Shown here in pieces: positions 29,694-39,999 of a stretch of DNA of 64,000 nt. Where the stretch lies: positions 716,279-780,278 of the forward strand of contig OY843611.1 of assembly GCA_963692995.1 (NCBI GenBank). The letters are read 5' to 3'. The position numbers and the translations under genes were made by a program. The notes beneath the pieces were generated by a model. That model was not told the origin of the DNA. It saw nothing but the letters and a program-made list of their open reading frames with translations, and searched no databases. The stretch's first letter is position 1, and the number at the start of each line of letters is the position of its first letter. The DNA is from Dehalococcoidia bacterium. Its GTDB lineage: Bacteria; Chloroflexota; Dehalococcoidia; Lucifugimonadales; UBA3495.

Positions 29694-30848
29694 ATGTTCA
29701 AGAGTTTTAGCGCATCCTACGCCGGCCACGTGGTGGACGATAACCTGGGACTGGAAGGTACGCCGGCCAACGACCGCCGGTATTCCAACGAGCGACTGGC
29801 CGAAGCTTTTGACTGGGCGTTGGACATATCCAAACACCTGGAAGCCAACGGCTATGATGAGTTCTGGATGGCCGAGCACCACTTCCAGCCCGAAGGCTAT
29901 GAGTGCATCCCCAACCTGATCATGCTGGGGCTGTATCTGGCCTGCAACACGCAGCGGCTCAAGTACGGCTGCGGTTTCAACATTACCCCCATGTGGCATC
30001 CCCTGCGGCTGGCGGAGGACTTCGCTATGGGCGACATCCTCTCCGGCGGGCGCATCATCTTCGGTGTGGGGCGCGGCTATCATTCTCGCGAGGTCGAGAC
30101 CTTCGGCGCCCCCATGTTCGACGGCGACGCTAACCGCGAGCTGTTCGAGGAGCAGGTGGAGGTTATGGTCAAGGCTTTCAGCCAGGAAGCCTTCTCCCAC
30201 GAGGGCAAGCATTACCAGATACCGGCCCGCGTGCCCTATCGAGGCTACACTTTGGAAAAGCTGAGCCTGGTGCCCCGGCCACTGCAAAATCCTGTGGAGA
30301 TCTGGCAACCCCTGGTTTCCGGCAACCCCAAGGGCGTTGACTTCATGGCCCGCGTGGGCATCAAGGCCATGGTGGCCAACACGCCGGAACCGGCCCGGCA
30401 CGAGCGGCTGACCATGTACCAACAGGCCGCCGCCAATCACGGACGCGAACTGGCCTTGGGCGAGGACATCGCTTTCGGCTACCGCTTCTTCATCGGCCAG
30501 AACCGGGAGGCGGCAATCAAGGAAGCCAAGCCCTACTTTGAGGAGGCTATGAAGTTCGCCGCACCGCTGGGCCTGATGCGCCTGGAACCGGAGCAGATTG
30601 ACGCGGTGTCCAATCCGTCCCTGCGTCGCGGCGTGGAACTGCCCACCCTGGAGGGCGCGGTGGAGAGCGGCGCGTGGCTGGCCGGCTCCCCCGACGACAT
30701 CATCAACGCGCTGAAAGAGGACGAGGCGCGCTATCCCGGCGTAGAGCGAGTCAACCTGGGCTCGGTGATGGGAATGCCCCGCGAAGTGTTCAAGGAACAG
30801 CTTTCCCGCTTCGCCCAGGATGTCATGCCGGCGTTCAATGGCGGCTGA
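29694..30848 (+). CDS. LLM-class flavin-dependent oxidoreductase
   Basis: WMAEHHF, WHPLRLAED, GRGYH and LVPRPLQ motifs. Confidence 0.93.
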   Translation: MFKSFSASYAGHVVDDNLGLEGTPANDRRYSNERLAEAFDWALDISKHLEANGYDEFWMAEHHFQPEGYECIPNLIMLGLYLACNTQRLKYGCGFNITPMWHPLRLAEDFAMGDILSGGRIIFGVGRGYHSREVETFGAPMFDGDANRELFEEQVEVMVKAFSQEAFSHEGKHYQIPARVPYRGYTLEKLSLVPRPLQNPVEIWQPLVSGNPKGVDFMARVGIKAMVANTPEPARHERLTMYQQAAANHGRELALGEDIAFGYRFFIGQNREAAIKEAKPYFEEAMKFAAPLGLMRLEPEQIDAVSNPSLRRGVELPTLEGAVESGAWLAGSPDDIINALKEDEARYPGVERVNLGSVMGMPREVFKEQLSRFAQDVMPAFNGG

Positions 30849-31043
30849 CCGAGCGGCAACAGTTCTTTCTGCATTGCAAAGCTACCGGATGACCTGGCTT
30901 CTGTCGCCCGGTAGCGGTTTCTGATATACTTGCTTGGCAACCGCATCGTCGCCGAGCGCACGATCAAGAACGCGTGCCGCCACAGGCCCTAGTCTGTGGG
31001 GGCGATTTTCTGGTTAGTTTCTGAGAATTTGGAGCAAAGCACA

Positions 31044-32333
31044 ATGCCGGCTTACGCCGTAATCGGAGGACAATGGGGCGACGAGGGCAAGGGCAAAATT
31101 ATTGACTACCTTGCCGGCCAGTCCGATTGCGTAGTGCGTTACGCCGGCGGCAACAATGCCGGTCATACGGTGGTCAACGAGCGCGGCGAGTTCCAGCTTC
31201 ACCTGGTCCCGTCGGGCATTTGCTGGCCGGGCGTCACCGGTATTATCGGCAACGGCGTGGTGGTGAATCCCGACGTGCTGCTGGGGGAGATTGCGGGCCT
31301 GGAGGAACGGGGCATCGACACCGGCCGGCTGTTCGTCAGCGACCGCGCCCACGTCATTATGCCCTACCACATCCTGCTGGACGAATTACAGGAGCGCGCC
31401 CGGGGCGACGGCGCCATTGGCACCACCGGACAGGGCATTGGCCCGGCCTACGTTGATAAAATCTCCCGCGACGGTATCCGTGTCGGCGACTTGCTGGATA
31501 CCACCGAGCAGCTGCCCGACCGGGTGCAAGCGGCCGTGGCAATGAAAAACCGGGTCATCACCGGCGTGTACGGCGGCGAACCCGTGGACGCCGACGAGAT
31601 GCTGGAACTCTGCCGCCGGTGGGGAGAACGGCTGCGCGCAATGGTTTGCCCCACCGAACAGATCGTGCAGGACCTGCTGGAGCAGGGCAAGCGGGTGTTG
31701 CTGGAGGGCGCGCAGGGCACGCTGCTGGATGTTGACCACGGTTCATATCCTTACGTTACGTCGTCGTCCCCGTCCATCGGAGGCGCAATCACCGGGCTGG
31801 GTATAGATCCCCAGTCGATAAAAGGCGTGCTGGGGGTATTCAAAGCTTATTCCACGCGCGTTGGCGGCGGGCCCATGCCTACGGAGATGCTCGACCAGGC
31901 CGGCGAAGACCTGCGCGAGAAGGCCCATGAATATGGCACTACCACCGGACGGGCCCGGCGCGTCGGCTGGTTCGACGCGGTCGCCGCCCGCTACAGCAAC
32001 CGGATCAACGGTTTCACCGGCATGGTTCTGACCCGCCTGGACATCCTGGACGGCATGGACGACGTGAAAATCTGCGTCGGCTACCGGGTGGATGGCACGG
32101 ACTTGGATCGTTTTCCGGCCAATACCGGCATGCTGGAGCGTTGCGAGCCCATCTACGAAAAGATGCCCGGCTGGCACGAACCGACCGCCAGCGCCACCCG
32201 ACCCGAGCAGTTGCCGGCAAACGCCCTGGCCTATGTACGCCGCATTGAGGCGTTGGTGGGCTGCGCGGCTCAGATCATTTCCACCGGCCCCAGCCGCGAT
32301 GAAACCATCGCAATCAACCAGGTAATATCCTAG
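31044..32333 (+). CDS. purA: Adenylosuccinate synthetase
   Basis: QWGDEGKGK, GGNNAGHT, GIGPAY, EGAQG and EYGTTTGR motifs. Confidence 0.98.
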   Translation: MPAYAVIGGQWGDEGKGKIIDYLAGQSDCVVRYAGGNNAGHTVVNERGEFQLHLVPSGICWPGVTGIIGNGVVVNPDVLLGEIAGLEERGIDTGRLFVSDRAHVIMPYHILLDELQERARGDGAIGTTGQGIGPAYVDKISRDGIRVGDLLDTTEQLPDRVQAAVAMKNRVITGVYGGEPVDADEMLELCRRWGERLRAMVCPTEQIVQDLLEQGKRVLLEGAQGTLLDVDHGSYPYVTSSSPSIGGAITGLGIDPQSIKGVLGVFKAYSTRVGGGPMPTEMLDQAGEDLREKAHEYGTTTGRARRVGWFDAVAARYSNRINGFTGMVLTRLDILDGMDDVKICVGYRVDGTDLDRFPANTGMLERCEPIYEKMPGWHEPTASATRPEQLPANALAYVRRIEALVGCAAQIISTGPSRDETIAINQVIS

Positions 32334-32425
32334 CGAGACCAAATCGTGCATATTACCATACCCTCGCAGTTCGCCCGGCCAGTTGGCCGATTTACAAATA
32401 TGCCGGACTGTAGAGGAGAATTGTC

Positions 32426-32778
32426 ATGGCCACCAACAGAGCACGCGCTCCGGACGGGGCGGAGCAGGACGCCTCCCTGCTCGGAAGGTACTTCCTGCGC
32501 TACACCGACGAGTTTTACCTGTTCTTCAGGCTCATTTTCGCCTTTATCGTCTCCCTGCATGGCGCCCAGAAGGCGTTTTTGCTCTGGGGATTTCCGGCGA
32601 CGCATCCACTGGGCGCCCGCACATCTTCCCGAACCCGCCGGGGGATACTGGCTCCGCCTTTGGCGCCCACGGCGGCGAAGTGCCTATTCTATGGTTCGCC
32701 ATCGCCGGCATCATCGGCATCATGGGCAGCCGCAAGTACGGTCTGGAACGTTTGATCCTCAAGAAGGAACTCCTTTAA
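32426..32778 (+). pseudogene. DoxX-like membrane protein with an internal deletion/frameshift near 32615
   Basis: One frame gives FRLIFAFIVSLHGAQK (DoxX N-terminus). Another frame gives HGGEVPILWFAIAGIIGIMGSRKYGLE (DoxX C-terminus). The central helices are missing. Confidence 0.65.
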
Positions 32779-32846
32779 CCCATAGCCTCAACCTTACACC
32801 CACCGCCCGACGCCGCACCCATGACGCCGGGCAAAGAGTATGTGTC

Positions 32847-33077
32847 ATGCAACAGCAAGCGGCAAGATTCGGTATCTATTACAACTCCGCTCAGAACCAG
32901 GTGGTTCGCATCAACTCGCCATACTGGTTCCCGCCCGAACCTGAGTGGCAGAAGATTACGGATGAGGTCAACGCCACTCTGCTTGACCTGCGCCGAATGG
33001 TGCGAGAGCAGGGCCTCTCCGAGGATCCCGACGGGGCGACCTGGACCACGCTGCCGCTGTTGGACGAAGACGCCTAG
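32847..33077 (+). CDS. Small hypothetical protein
   Basis: 76 aa, host-like codons, GIYYN...RINSPYW. Confidence 0.65.
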   Translation: MQQQAARFGIYYNSAQNQVVRINSPYWFPPEPEWQKITDEVNATLLDLRRMVREQGLSEDPDGATWTTLPLLDEDA

Positions 33078-33083
33078 ATTTTT

Positions 33084-33623
33084 ATGACGCCGGAGGCGCC
33101 GGGCCAGCAGACACCGGAACCGGCAGCGGCAGAACGGGATTACGCCCGCCCACCCGGTTGGCGCGGGCGGATGATGGCGACCAACCCGGAGCAGGCCCGA
33201 CGCTGGATGCGTTGGGCCTGGTTTAGTGGGTTGGCCTGGTGGGTCTGGACCATGGTGGTGCTGATGGTCTGGATCTCGGCGCCGGCGCTGGCCGAATCAG
33301 AAGCGGAAGGCGCCGTTCCGTCGATTCCGCCGGCCAACCTGCTGATTTACTATGGCGTAGAGGGCCTCGCCATCGCGCTGCTGGCGTTGGGAGTGATGCG
33401 CCGGTGGCGTCCAACGGCGCTTCTGCTTGCCACGGGTTTCGTCGTTTCCCGCGTCGCCCTCATCATGCTGGGTCTCATCACCCTCGACGGCGCCCGCGAC
33501 GTGATCTGGCTGGCAATATACGGTCTGCTGCTGTTTGCCTTCGTGCGCGGAGCGCAGGGCGCGTTCAGCTACCACTGGTTCACCCACCCGCCGGAGCCTG
33601 GGCGCCGTCAGGCTGCCGAGTGA
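33084..33623 (+). CDS. Hypothetical integral membrane protein
   Basis: About four hydrophobic segments. Starts 6 bp after the previous ORF. Confidence 0.7.
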   Translation: MTPEAPGQQTPEPAAAERDYARPPGWRGRMMATNPEQARRWMRWAWFSGLAWWVWTMVVLMVWISAPALAESEAEGAVPSIPPANLLIYYGVEGLAIALLALGVMRRWRPTALLLATGFVVSRVALIMLGLITLDGARDVIWLAIYGLLLFAFVRGAQGAFSYHWFTHPPEPGRRQAAE

Positions 33624-33710
33624 ATTCCGGGACGCGCCTTGCTGCCGGTGTGCCGGCGGTCAGGTTGGGCGTCTTGTCCGTGAGTTACGCCCCGGTGTAA
33701 CATTGGCATA

Positions 33711-35123
33711 ATGTTGCTTGCCATCACCACCACGCATAACCCGGCTACCGACCTCGGTTATCTGCTGCACAAAAACCCCGGCCGGTTGCAATCCTTCTCC
33801 CTTCCCTTTGGCCGGGCCGACGTTTTTTATCCCGAGGTGGAGCCGGAACGTTGCACCGCCGCGCTGCTTTTGGATATTGATCCGGTGGGTATGGCGCGAT
33901 CCAGGGGCGGAAGAACCGACTCTGCCGGCTGGCTCCAGCAGTATGTGAACGACCGCCCTTATGTGGCGTCGTCTCACCTGAGCGTGGCCATCGCCTCCGT
34001 ATTCGGCAGCGCGCTGGCCGGCCGGAGCCGGGAGCGCCCCGAGCTGACCGAGCAGGCTATTCCGCTGGAAGCCCGGCTGCCCACCCTGCCGTCGCGGGAG
34101 GGCGCCGGTCTGATCCGCCGGTTATTCGAGCCGCTGGGCTACGGCCTGGATATTCAGGATCATCCGTTGGATCCGGACTTCCCCGAATGGGGCGATAGCC
34201 CCTACTTCAGCGTAACCCTGAAAACCTGCGCCAGACTCCAGGATCTGCTGGCGCACCTTTACGTGCTGCTGCCGGTGCTGGACGACAACAAGCACTATTG
34301 GGTTGGCGACGACGAGGTGGATAAGTTGCTGCGCTTCGGCGCGGGCTGGCTGGGCGACCATCCGCACCAGGAACTGATCTCCGGCCGCTATCTCAAGCAT
34401 CAGCGCGGCCTGGTACGGCAGGCGCTGGCGCAACTGCTGGACGCCGGCCAATCCGACCCTGACGAAGCGGCCCAACGCCATGAGCAGAGAGAAGTGCGCC
34501 TCGAAGCCCCCCTGCGACTGGGAGAGCAGCGGATACAGGCCGTCCTCGACGCGCTCCGCGAACTCGGCGCGGGGCGCGTGCTGGATCTGGGCTGCGGCGA
34601 AGGCCGACTCATCGGGGAAATGCTCCGGGAGACCGCCATACGTTCCATTACCGGCTTTGATGTCTCGCATCGCGCCTTGGAACTGGCAAGCCAACGCCTG
34701 CGTCTGGATACGCTGCCGGCCGCGCAGCGGGAGCGGGTCACCCTGCTGCACGGATCGTTGACCTACCGGGATCAACGACTGTCCGGCCATGATGCCGCCG
34801 TTGCCATGGAGGTGATCGAGCATATTGACCCGCCACGCCTGGGGGCGTTTGAGGAAGCAATATTCGGCGCCGCACGGCCCGGCACGGTACTCATCACCAC
34901 GCCCAACTCGGAGTACAACACGCTCTTTCCCGACCTGCCCGCCGGTGATTTCCGGCATCAGGACCATCGGTTCGAGTGGACGCGGGGGGAGTTCCAAAGC
35001 TGGGCGCATGGGGTGGCGCAGCGCCGGGGGTACGACGTGCGTTTTCAAAACATCGGCCCTGAGGATGCCGTCTGGGGCGCGCCGACACAGATGGGGGTCT
35101 TCACTATGGGGAGTCTTCACTAG
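33711..35123 (+). CDS. hen1: 3'-terminal RNA ribose 2'-O-methyltransferase Hen1
   Basis: PATDLGYLLHKNP, QYVNDRPY, LDLGCGEG, EVIEH, TTPNSEYN and FRHQDHRFEWTR motifs. Confidence 0.96.
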   Translation: MLLAITTTHNPATDLGYLLHKNPGRLQSFSLPFGRADVFYPEVEPERCTAALLLDIDPVGMARSRGGRTDSAGWLQQYVNDRPYVASSHLSVAIASVFGSALAGRSRERPELTEQAIPLEARLPTLPSREGAGLIRRLFEPLGYGLDIQDHPLDPDFPEWGDSPYFSVTLKTCARLQDLLAHLYVLLPVLDDNKHYWVGDDEVDKLLRFGAGWLGDHPHQELISGRYLKHQRGLVRQALAQLLDAGQSDPDEAAQRHEQREVRLEAPLRLGEQRIQAVLDALRELGAGRVLDLGCGEGRLIGEMLRETAIRSITGFDVSHRALELASQRLRLDTLPAAQRERVTLLHGSLTYRDQRLSGHDAAVAMEVIEHIDPPRLGAFEEAIFGAARPGTVLITTPNSEYNTLFPDLPAGDFRHQDHRFEWTRGEFQSWAHGVAQRRGYDVRFQNIGPEDAVWGAPTQMGVFTMGSLH

Positions 35124-37718
35124 ATGAATGTGACCATCCCTGAGCTGTGCCTGGTGGCGCTGGTCGGCCCGTCGGGGTCGGGAAAGTCAACTTTTGCCGC
35201 CCGGCATTTCAAGCCCACCGAAGTGGTGTCCTCCGATGCCTGCCGGGCCATGGTGGCCGATGATGCCAACGACCAGGCGGCGACTCCCGACGCCTTCGCT
35301 CTGCTGAACTTCATTGCCGACACTCGCTTGCGCGCCGGTCGCCTCACCGTCATCGACGCCACCAGCGTGCAGCCGCCGGCCCGCAAAGGCCTGGTGCAAC
35401 TGGCCCGGGATCACGACTGCTTGCCGGTCGCCATCGTGCTGAACCTGCCTACAGCGATCTGTCTGGCCCGCAACCGGGAACGACCCGACCGCCAGTTCGG
35501 TTCCGGCGTAGTGCGCCGGCAGACGGAGCAGCTGCGTCGGTCAATACGCGGCCTGAGACGCGAGGGCTTCCGCTACGTGTACGTGCTCAACTCCCCGGAA
35601 GAAGTTGATGCGGTCACCATAGAACGCACGCCCTCATGGACCGATCGCGGTCATGAGACCGGCCCCTTCGACGTAATCGGCGACGTGCACGGCTGCTATG
35701 ACGAATTGGTTGCGCTTCTTGAACGCTTGGGATACCGCTGGTCGCCGGCTAAAGGGAAAGATGACGGAGGATACGGCTATTCCGTCAGCCACCCGCAGGG
35801 ACGCAAGGCCGTATTCGTCGGAGACCTGGTGGATCGCGGCCCCGGCGTGGTTAACGTGCTGAAATTGGTCATGTCCATGATGGCCGACGGTTCCGCCCTG
35901 TCGGTGGCCGGCAACCACGAGTCCAAGATGGTCCGCAAGCTCAAGGGCCGCAACGTGCAGGTGTCCCACGGACTGGCGGAGTCGCTTGAGCAGTTAGAGA
36001 AAGAATCTCCGGCATTCCGGCAGCAGGCCACCGAGTTTCTGGACGGCCTGATCAGCCACTACGTCCTGGACGGCGGCAACCTGGTGGTGGCCCACGCCGG
36101 CATGAAAGAGGAATACCAGGGCCGGGCCTCCGCGCGGGTCCGGGACTTTTGCCTGTATGGGGAAACTACCGGAGAAACCGACGAGTGGGGGCTGCCCGTC
36201 CGCGCCGACTGGGCCGCCAATTATCGCGGCAATGCCTCGGTGGTGTATGGGCACACGCCGGTCACCGAGCCCGCCTGGTTGAACCGAACCATCAATGTGG
36301 ACACCGGGTGCGTCTTCGGCGGACGCCTCACCGCCCTGCGGTATCCCGAAAACGAGTTGGTGTCGGTGCCGGCGGTGCGGGTTTATTACGAACCGGCCCG
36401 GCCCCTGGACCACGCTGCCCGGACTAAGGATAGCGCGGCGGGGGCGGAAACCCGGGCGGCCAACGTGCTGAACATCGACGATGTGCTGGGCAAGCGGGTC
36501 GTGGCGACGCGGCTGCGCGGCAACGTCACGGTACGCGAGGAGCACGCAACGGCGGCCCTGGAGGTGATGAGCCGTTTCGCCCTCGATCCCCGCTGGCTGG
36601 TGTATCTGCCACCCACGATCTCACCGTGCGAAACTTCCAAGCTCTCCGGCTTGCTGGAACATCCTGCTGAGGTGTTCGACTATTACCGCAACAACGGTGT
36701 GACTTCCGTAATCTGCGAGGAGAAACACATGGGTTCGCGGGCCGTTGTAGTGGCAGGGCGAGACCCGGCAGCCACTGAGCGACGATTCGGCATCGCCAGC
36801 GAAAACGCCGGCGTCTGCTACACCCGGACCGGGCGCCGGTTTTTTGAAGATACAACCTTGGAAGGACAGTTCCTGGAGCGCGTTAGCAACGCTTTTGCCG
36901 CAGCGGGCCTGTGGGATGAGCTGGATACCGATTGGGCGCTGCTGGACTGCGAACTGATGCCCTGGTCTTTGAAGGCGCAGGAACTGCTGCAACAGCAGTA
37001 CGCGGCGGTGGGCGCGGCGTCCCGGACGGGCCTGGCGGCGGCGCAGGAGCTGTTGCGTCAGGCGGAGGCTCGCGGCATCGACGCCGGCGAAACCTTGGGC
37101 CGAGTGGATGAGCGGCTCCGCCTGGCGCATCACTACCGCGACGCTTACGCTCGGTACTGTTGGCCGGCAACGCTGCTGGCCGATGTCAAACTCGCGCCCT
37201 TCCATCTGCTGGCCAGCGAAGGAGCGGCGCATACCGATAAGGGCCACTTGTGGCATATGGATATTGCAGCGCGCCTCAGCCAGGCCGACCCGGAGCTGTT
37301 TCGCGCAACGCGGCGCAATGTTGTGAAGCTCAATTCACCGGACGAGGTCGATTCACCGGACGAAGTCGATGCCATCCGTTGGTGGGAAGAGCTGACCGCC
37401 GCCGGCGGCGAGGGAATGGTCGTCAAGCCCGTCGAATTCATCGCCACCGGCCGGAGGGGTTTGGTGCAGCCGGCCATGAAGTGCCGAGGCAGCGAGTACC
37501 TGCGCATCATCTACGGCCCGGAGTACACGCTGCCGGACAACCTGGAGCGACTGCGCCAGCGAGGTCTATCCACCAAGCGGTCGCTGGCGCTGCGGGAGTT
37601 TGCGTTGGGCATCGAGGGCTTGCAGCGGTTCGTTGACCGGGAGCCGCTCTATCGAGTGCATGAGTGCGTCTTCGCGGTGCTCGCCCTGGAGAGCGAGCCG
37701 GTTGACCCGCGTCTGTGA
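35124..37718 (+). CDS. pnkp: Polynucleotide kinase-phosphatase-ligase Pnkp
   Basis: GPSGSGKST kinase, GDVHG/GDLVDRG/GNHE/GHT phosphoesterase, and EEKHMGSR, EGMVVKP and SEPVDPRL ligase motifs. Abuts hen1. Confidence 0.96.
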   Translation: MNVTIPELCLVALVGPSGSGKSTFAARHFKPTEVVSSDACRAMVADDANDQAATPDAFALLNFIADTRLRAGRLTVIDATSVQPPARKGLVQLARDHDCLPVAIVLNLPTAICLARNRERPDRQFGSGVVRRQTEQLRRSIRGLRREGFRYVYVLNSPEEVDAVTIERTPSWTDRGHETGPFDVIGDVHGCYDELVALLERLGYRWSPAKGKDDGGYGYSVSHPQGRKAVFVGDLVDRGPGVVNVLKLVMSMMADGSALSVAGNHESKMVRKLKGRNVQVSHGLAESLEQLEKESPAFRQQATEFLDGLISHYVLDGGNLVVAHAGMKEEYQGRASARVRDFCLYGETTGETDEWGLPVRADWAANYRGNASVVYGHTPVTEPAWLNRTINVDTGCVFGGRLTALRYPENELVSVPAVRVYYEPARPLDHAARTKDSAAGAETRAANVLNIDDVLGKRVVATRLRGNVTVREEHATAALEVMSRFALDPRWLVYLPPTISPCETSKLSGLLEHPAEVFDYYRNNGVTSVICEEKHMGSRAVVVAGRDPAATERRFGIASENAGVCYTRTGRRFFEDTTLEGQFLERVSNAFAAAGLWDELDTDWALLDCELMPWSLKAQELLQQQYAAVGAASRTGLAAAQELLRQAEARGIDAGETLGRVDERLRLAHHYRDAYARYCWPATLLADVKLAPFHLLASEGAAHTDKGHLWHMDIAARLSQADPELFRATRRNVVKLNSPDEVDSPDEVDAIRWWEELTAAGGEGMVVKPVEFIATGRRGLVQPAMKCRGSEYLRIIYGPEYTLPDNLERLRQRGLSTKRSLALREFALGIEGLQRFVDREPLYRVHECVFAVLALESEPVDPRL

Positions 37719-37737
37719 GATTCCGACCTGCCCCCTC

Positions 37738-37946
37738 GATCATTGCGGCGCCCCCTCGTCATTCCCGTCCCCTTGGTCATTGCGACGCCCCCCCCTTGGT
37801 CATTCCCGCCCCCCTCGTCATTCCCGCGAAAGCGGGAATCCACAGGCCGGGGTTGCAACATAGTAATTTGCCGGCGTTTCTGGATTCCGGCTCAAGGCCG
37901 GAATGACGAAGGTGGGCCGGAATGACGAAGGGGGCGCCGGAATGCC
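37738..37946. repeat. Inverted pair of REP-like palindromes, each with outward tandem partial units
   Basis: Four (g/a)tcatt-led units precede gtcattcccgcgaaagcgggaatcc. ggattccggctcaaggccggaatgac is followed by two gccggaatg units. Confidence 0.9.
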
Positions 37947-38064
37947 CCCGCGACTCCGCAAGGTCGTGCCACGCCAGGTTTTGTTGACGCTCGCCGGCCC
38001 CGATGCTAACCTGCGCCACGCCATTCAGGCAGCCCCCATCGGGCCGCCTCCGGAGGGAACGGTA

Positions 38065-39156
38065 ATGAAGGCAGCAGTTTTGCGTGAAGTCAATCAGCCG
38101 GTTGTCGTTGAGGACGTGCAAGTGGACACGCCGGCGCCCCGGGAGGTACTGGTGCGCACGGGCGCGTCGGGCGTGTGCCACAGCGACCTGCACTTTGTCG
38201 AAGGTCTGTACACCACGCCCATGCCCTGCATCCTGGGCCACGAGGCCGCCGGTATCGTGGAGGCGGTGGGCGAGCAGGTCAGCTATGTCCGACCCGGCGA
38301 CTCGGTAATCATGTGTTTGTCCGTGTTCTGCGGAACCTGCGAATTTTGCACCCGAGGTCAGCCTTACCTCTGCGACCGGACGGCGGTAACGCGAAGGCGC
38401 GACGACCCGCCCCGGCTTCGCAAGGACGGCGAAGCCATCACCCAGTTTGCCCAGCTGGGTTCCTACGCCGCCGAGATGCTGGTGCACGAGAACGCGCTGG
38501 TCAAGGTGGATGGCGACATTCCCTTTCCGCAACTGGCTCTCATCGGCTGCGGCGCGACCACCGGCCTCGGCGCGGTGCTGAACACGGCCCGCGTTGAGCC
38601 GGGCAGCACGGTGGCCGTGGTGGGCTGCGGCGGCATCGGCATTCACTGCGTGCAGGCGGCGGCTCTGGCCGGCGCTCTGCGGATCATCGCCGTGGACACC
38701 ACCGAGGACAAGTTCGCCCTGGCCCGCGAGTTCGGCGCAACCGACGTCATCGACGCGACGACCGGAAACGTAGCCGAGCGCATTATGGAGCTTACCGGCG
38801 GCGGCGTGGACTATTCCTTCGAGGCCATCGGCCTGAAGCAGGCCGCCGAGGACTGCTACAACATGCTGCGTCCGGGGGGCGTCGCCACCATCATCGGCAT
38901 GGTGCCGGAAGGCGTGAAGATCGAACTGGACGCCGGCAACTTCCTGCGTCGAGGCCGCGCCATCCAGGGCTGCACCATGGGCTCCAATCGCTTCCGCACC
39001 GATATGCCCCGCTACATCGAGTTCTACAAGCAGGGCCGTCTCAAGCTGGACGAGCTGGTTACCCAGGAGCTGAAACTGTCGGAGATCAACCGGGCCTTCG
39101 CCGACATGAAAGCCCAAAGCGTGCGCCGGAGCGTGATTACCGATTTTGAGGGATAA
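38065..39156 (+). CDS. Zn-dependent alcohol dehydrogenase (class III-like MDR)
   Basis: GVCHSD, GHE, CGTCEFC...C and GCGGIG motifs. Confidence 0.95.
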   Translation: MKAAVLREVNQPVVVEDVQVDTPAPREVLVRTGASGVCHSDLHFVEGLYTTPMPCILGHEAAGIVEAVGEQVSYVRPGDSVIMCLSVFCGTCEFCTRGQPYLCDRTAVTRRRDDPPRLRKDGEAITQFAQLGSYAAEMLVHENALVKVDGDIPFPQLALIGCGATTGLGAVLNTARVEPGSTVAVVGCGGIGIHCVQAAALAGALRIIAVDTTEDKFALAREFGATDVIDATTGNVAERIMELTGGGVDYSFEAIGLKQAAEDCYNMLRPGGVATIIGMVPEGVKIELDAGNFLRRGRAIQGCTMGSNRFRTDMPRYIEFYKQGRLKLDELVTQELKLSEINRAFADMKAQSVRRSVITDFEG

Positions 39157-39195
39157 CGCAGGCGAGGCGCCGCATCGGCCGGCGCCTCGCCTGCG
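39157..39195. terminator. Strong perfect 16-bp hairpin between the adh stop and the RBS of the next gene (terminator or mRNA stabiliser)
   Basis: cgcaggcgaggcgccg-N7-cggcgcctcgcctgcg with no U-tract. Confidence 0.55.
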
Positions 39196-39207
39196 CTGGA
39201 GGGATGT

Positions 39208-39999
39208 ATGACTGGATTTGAACAGGGGTTTGCCGACACGGAGCAGGCGGCAGCGTCAACCGTCAAGTCGGCGGGGGCCGCCGTACGGGCGGCGCGTGCG
39301 CTGGAACGAGCAGCCAAGACGGGCAGCATCAACGCCATCCGGCGGTCGCAGTCGGACTTGGATTCCGCTTTGCGGGCTCTGATGCAGGAAGTTAAGAACG
39401 CAACGCAAGCTTGGCCTTTCCAGCCTGAGGAGGAAATATCTTATCTGCAAGAGCATTTTGCTGCCGAGCTGAGACAGGTGGCCGCCGGGAATGGGCTGGA
39501 CATTCACGAGCGGGATCGGCAGCTAATTGCCCACCCGTCCATTGTTAGTGTGTTGCCGGCGAGCCGGGCGGTGCGTGTCGACCGGAAGCAAGTGTCCACC
39601 ATCCGCCCCTCGCACCTGGTATCGCGGCTGTTGTCGAATCAGAACAAGCCGGCGCGGCACAACAGCGGAGCCTTTCTCGAGGCAGTGTACGCTGCGTACA
39701 AGATGCGCACCGACCACCAACTCAGGGAAGGACGGTCGCCAAGCGGCGTGGGGCCAGCGGTTCCGTTATCCGCAATTTACGAAGCCCTCACCCTGATGCC
39801 GGGAACAGGTCGAGAATACAGCCGGACGGATTTTGCCCGCGACCTGTACCGGCTGGACACGGAGGGACCGAAGGTAACTCGTAACAGAAAGCAGCTGCAT
39901 TTTCACAGCGGGCGACAAAGTACCATCGCTTTTGTAGCGCCCGACGGTCATCTCCTGACCTACCACAACATCGCCTTCTCAGAGGTGCGCGATGGATAA
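39208..39999 (+). CDS. Hypothetical protein (N-terminal helical hairpin, possible C-terminal winged helix), first gene of the ATPase trio
   Basis: GGAGG RBS. The stop overlaps the next start by 8 bp. VPLSAIYEALTL...YSRTDFARDLYRL. Confidence 0.8.
   Translation: MTGFEQGFADTEQAAASTVKSAGAAVRAARALERAAKTGSINAIRRSQSDLDSALRALMQEVKNATQAWPFQPEEEISYLQEHFAAELRQVAAGNGLDIHERDRQLIAHPSIVSVLPASRAVRVDRKQVSTIRPSHLVSRLLSNQNKPARHNSGAFLEAVYAAYKMRTDHQLREGRSPSGVGPAVPLSAIYEALTLMPGTGREYSRTDFARDLYRLDTEGPKVTRNRKQLHFHSGRQSTIAFVAPDGHLLTYHNIAFSEVRDG

Noticed and set aside
30849-31043. Purine-related riboswitch or small gene upstream of purA
   Set aside because: Only weak hairpins with no recognisable aptamer consensus. 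The gene-like frame is interrupted by a stop and cannot be assigned.
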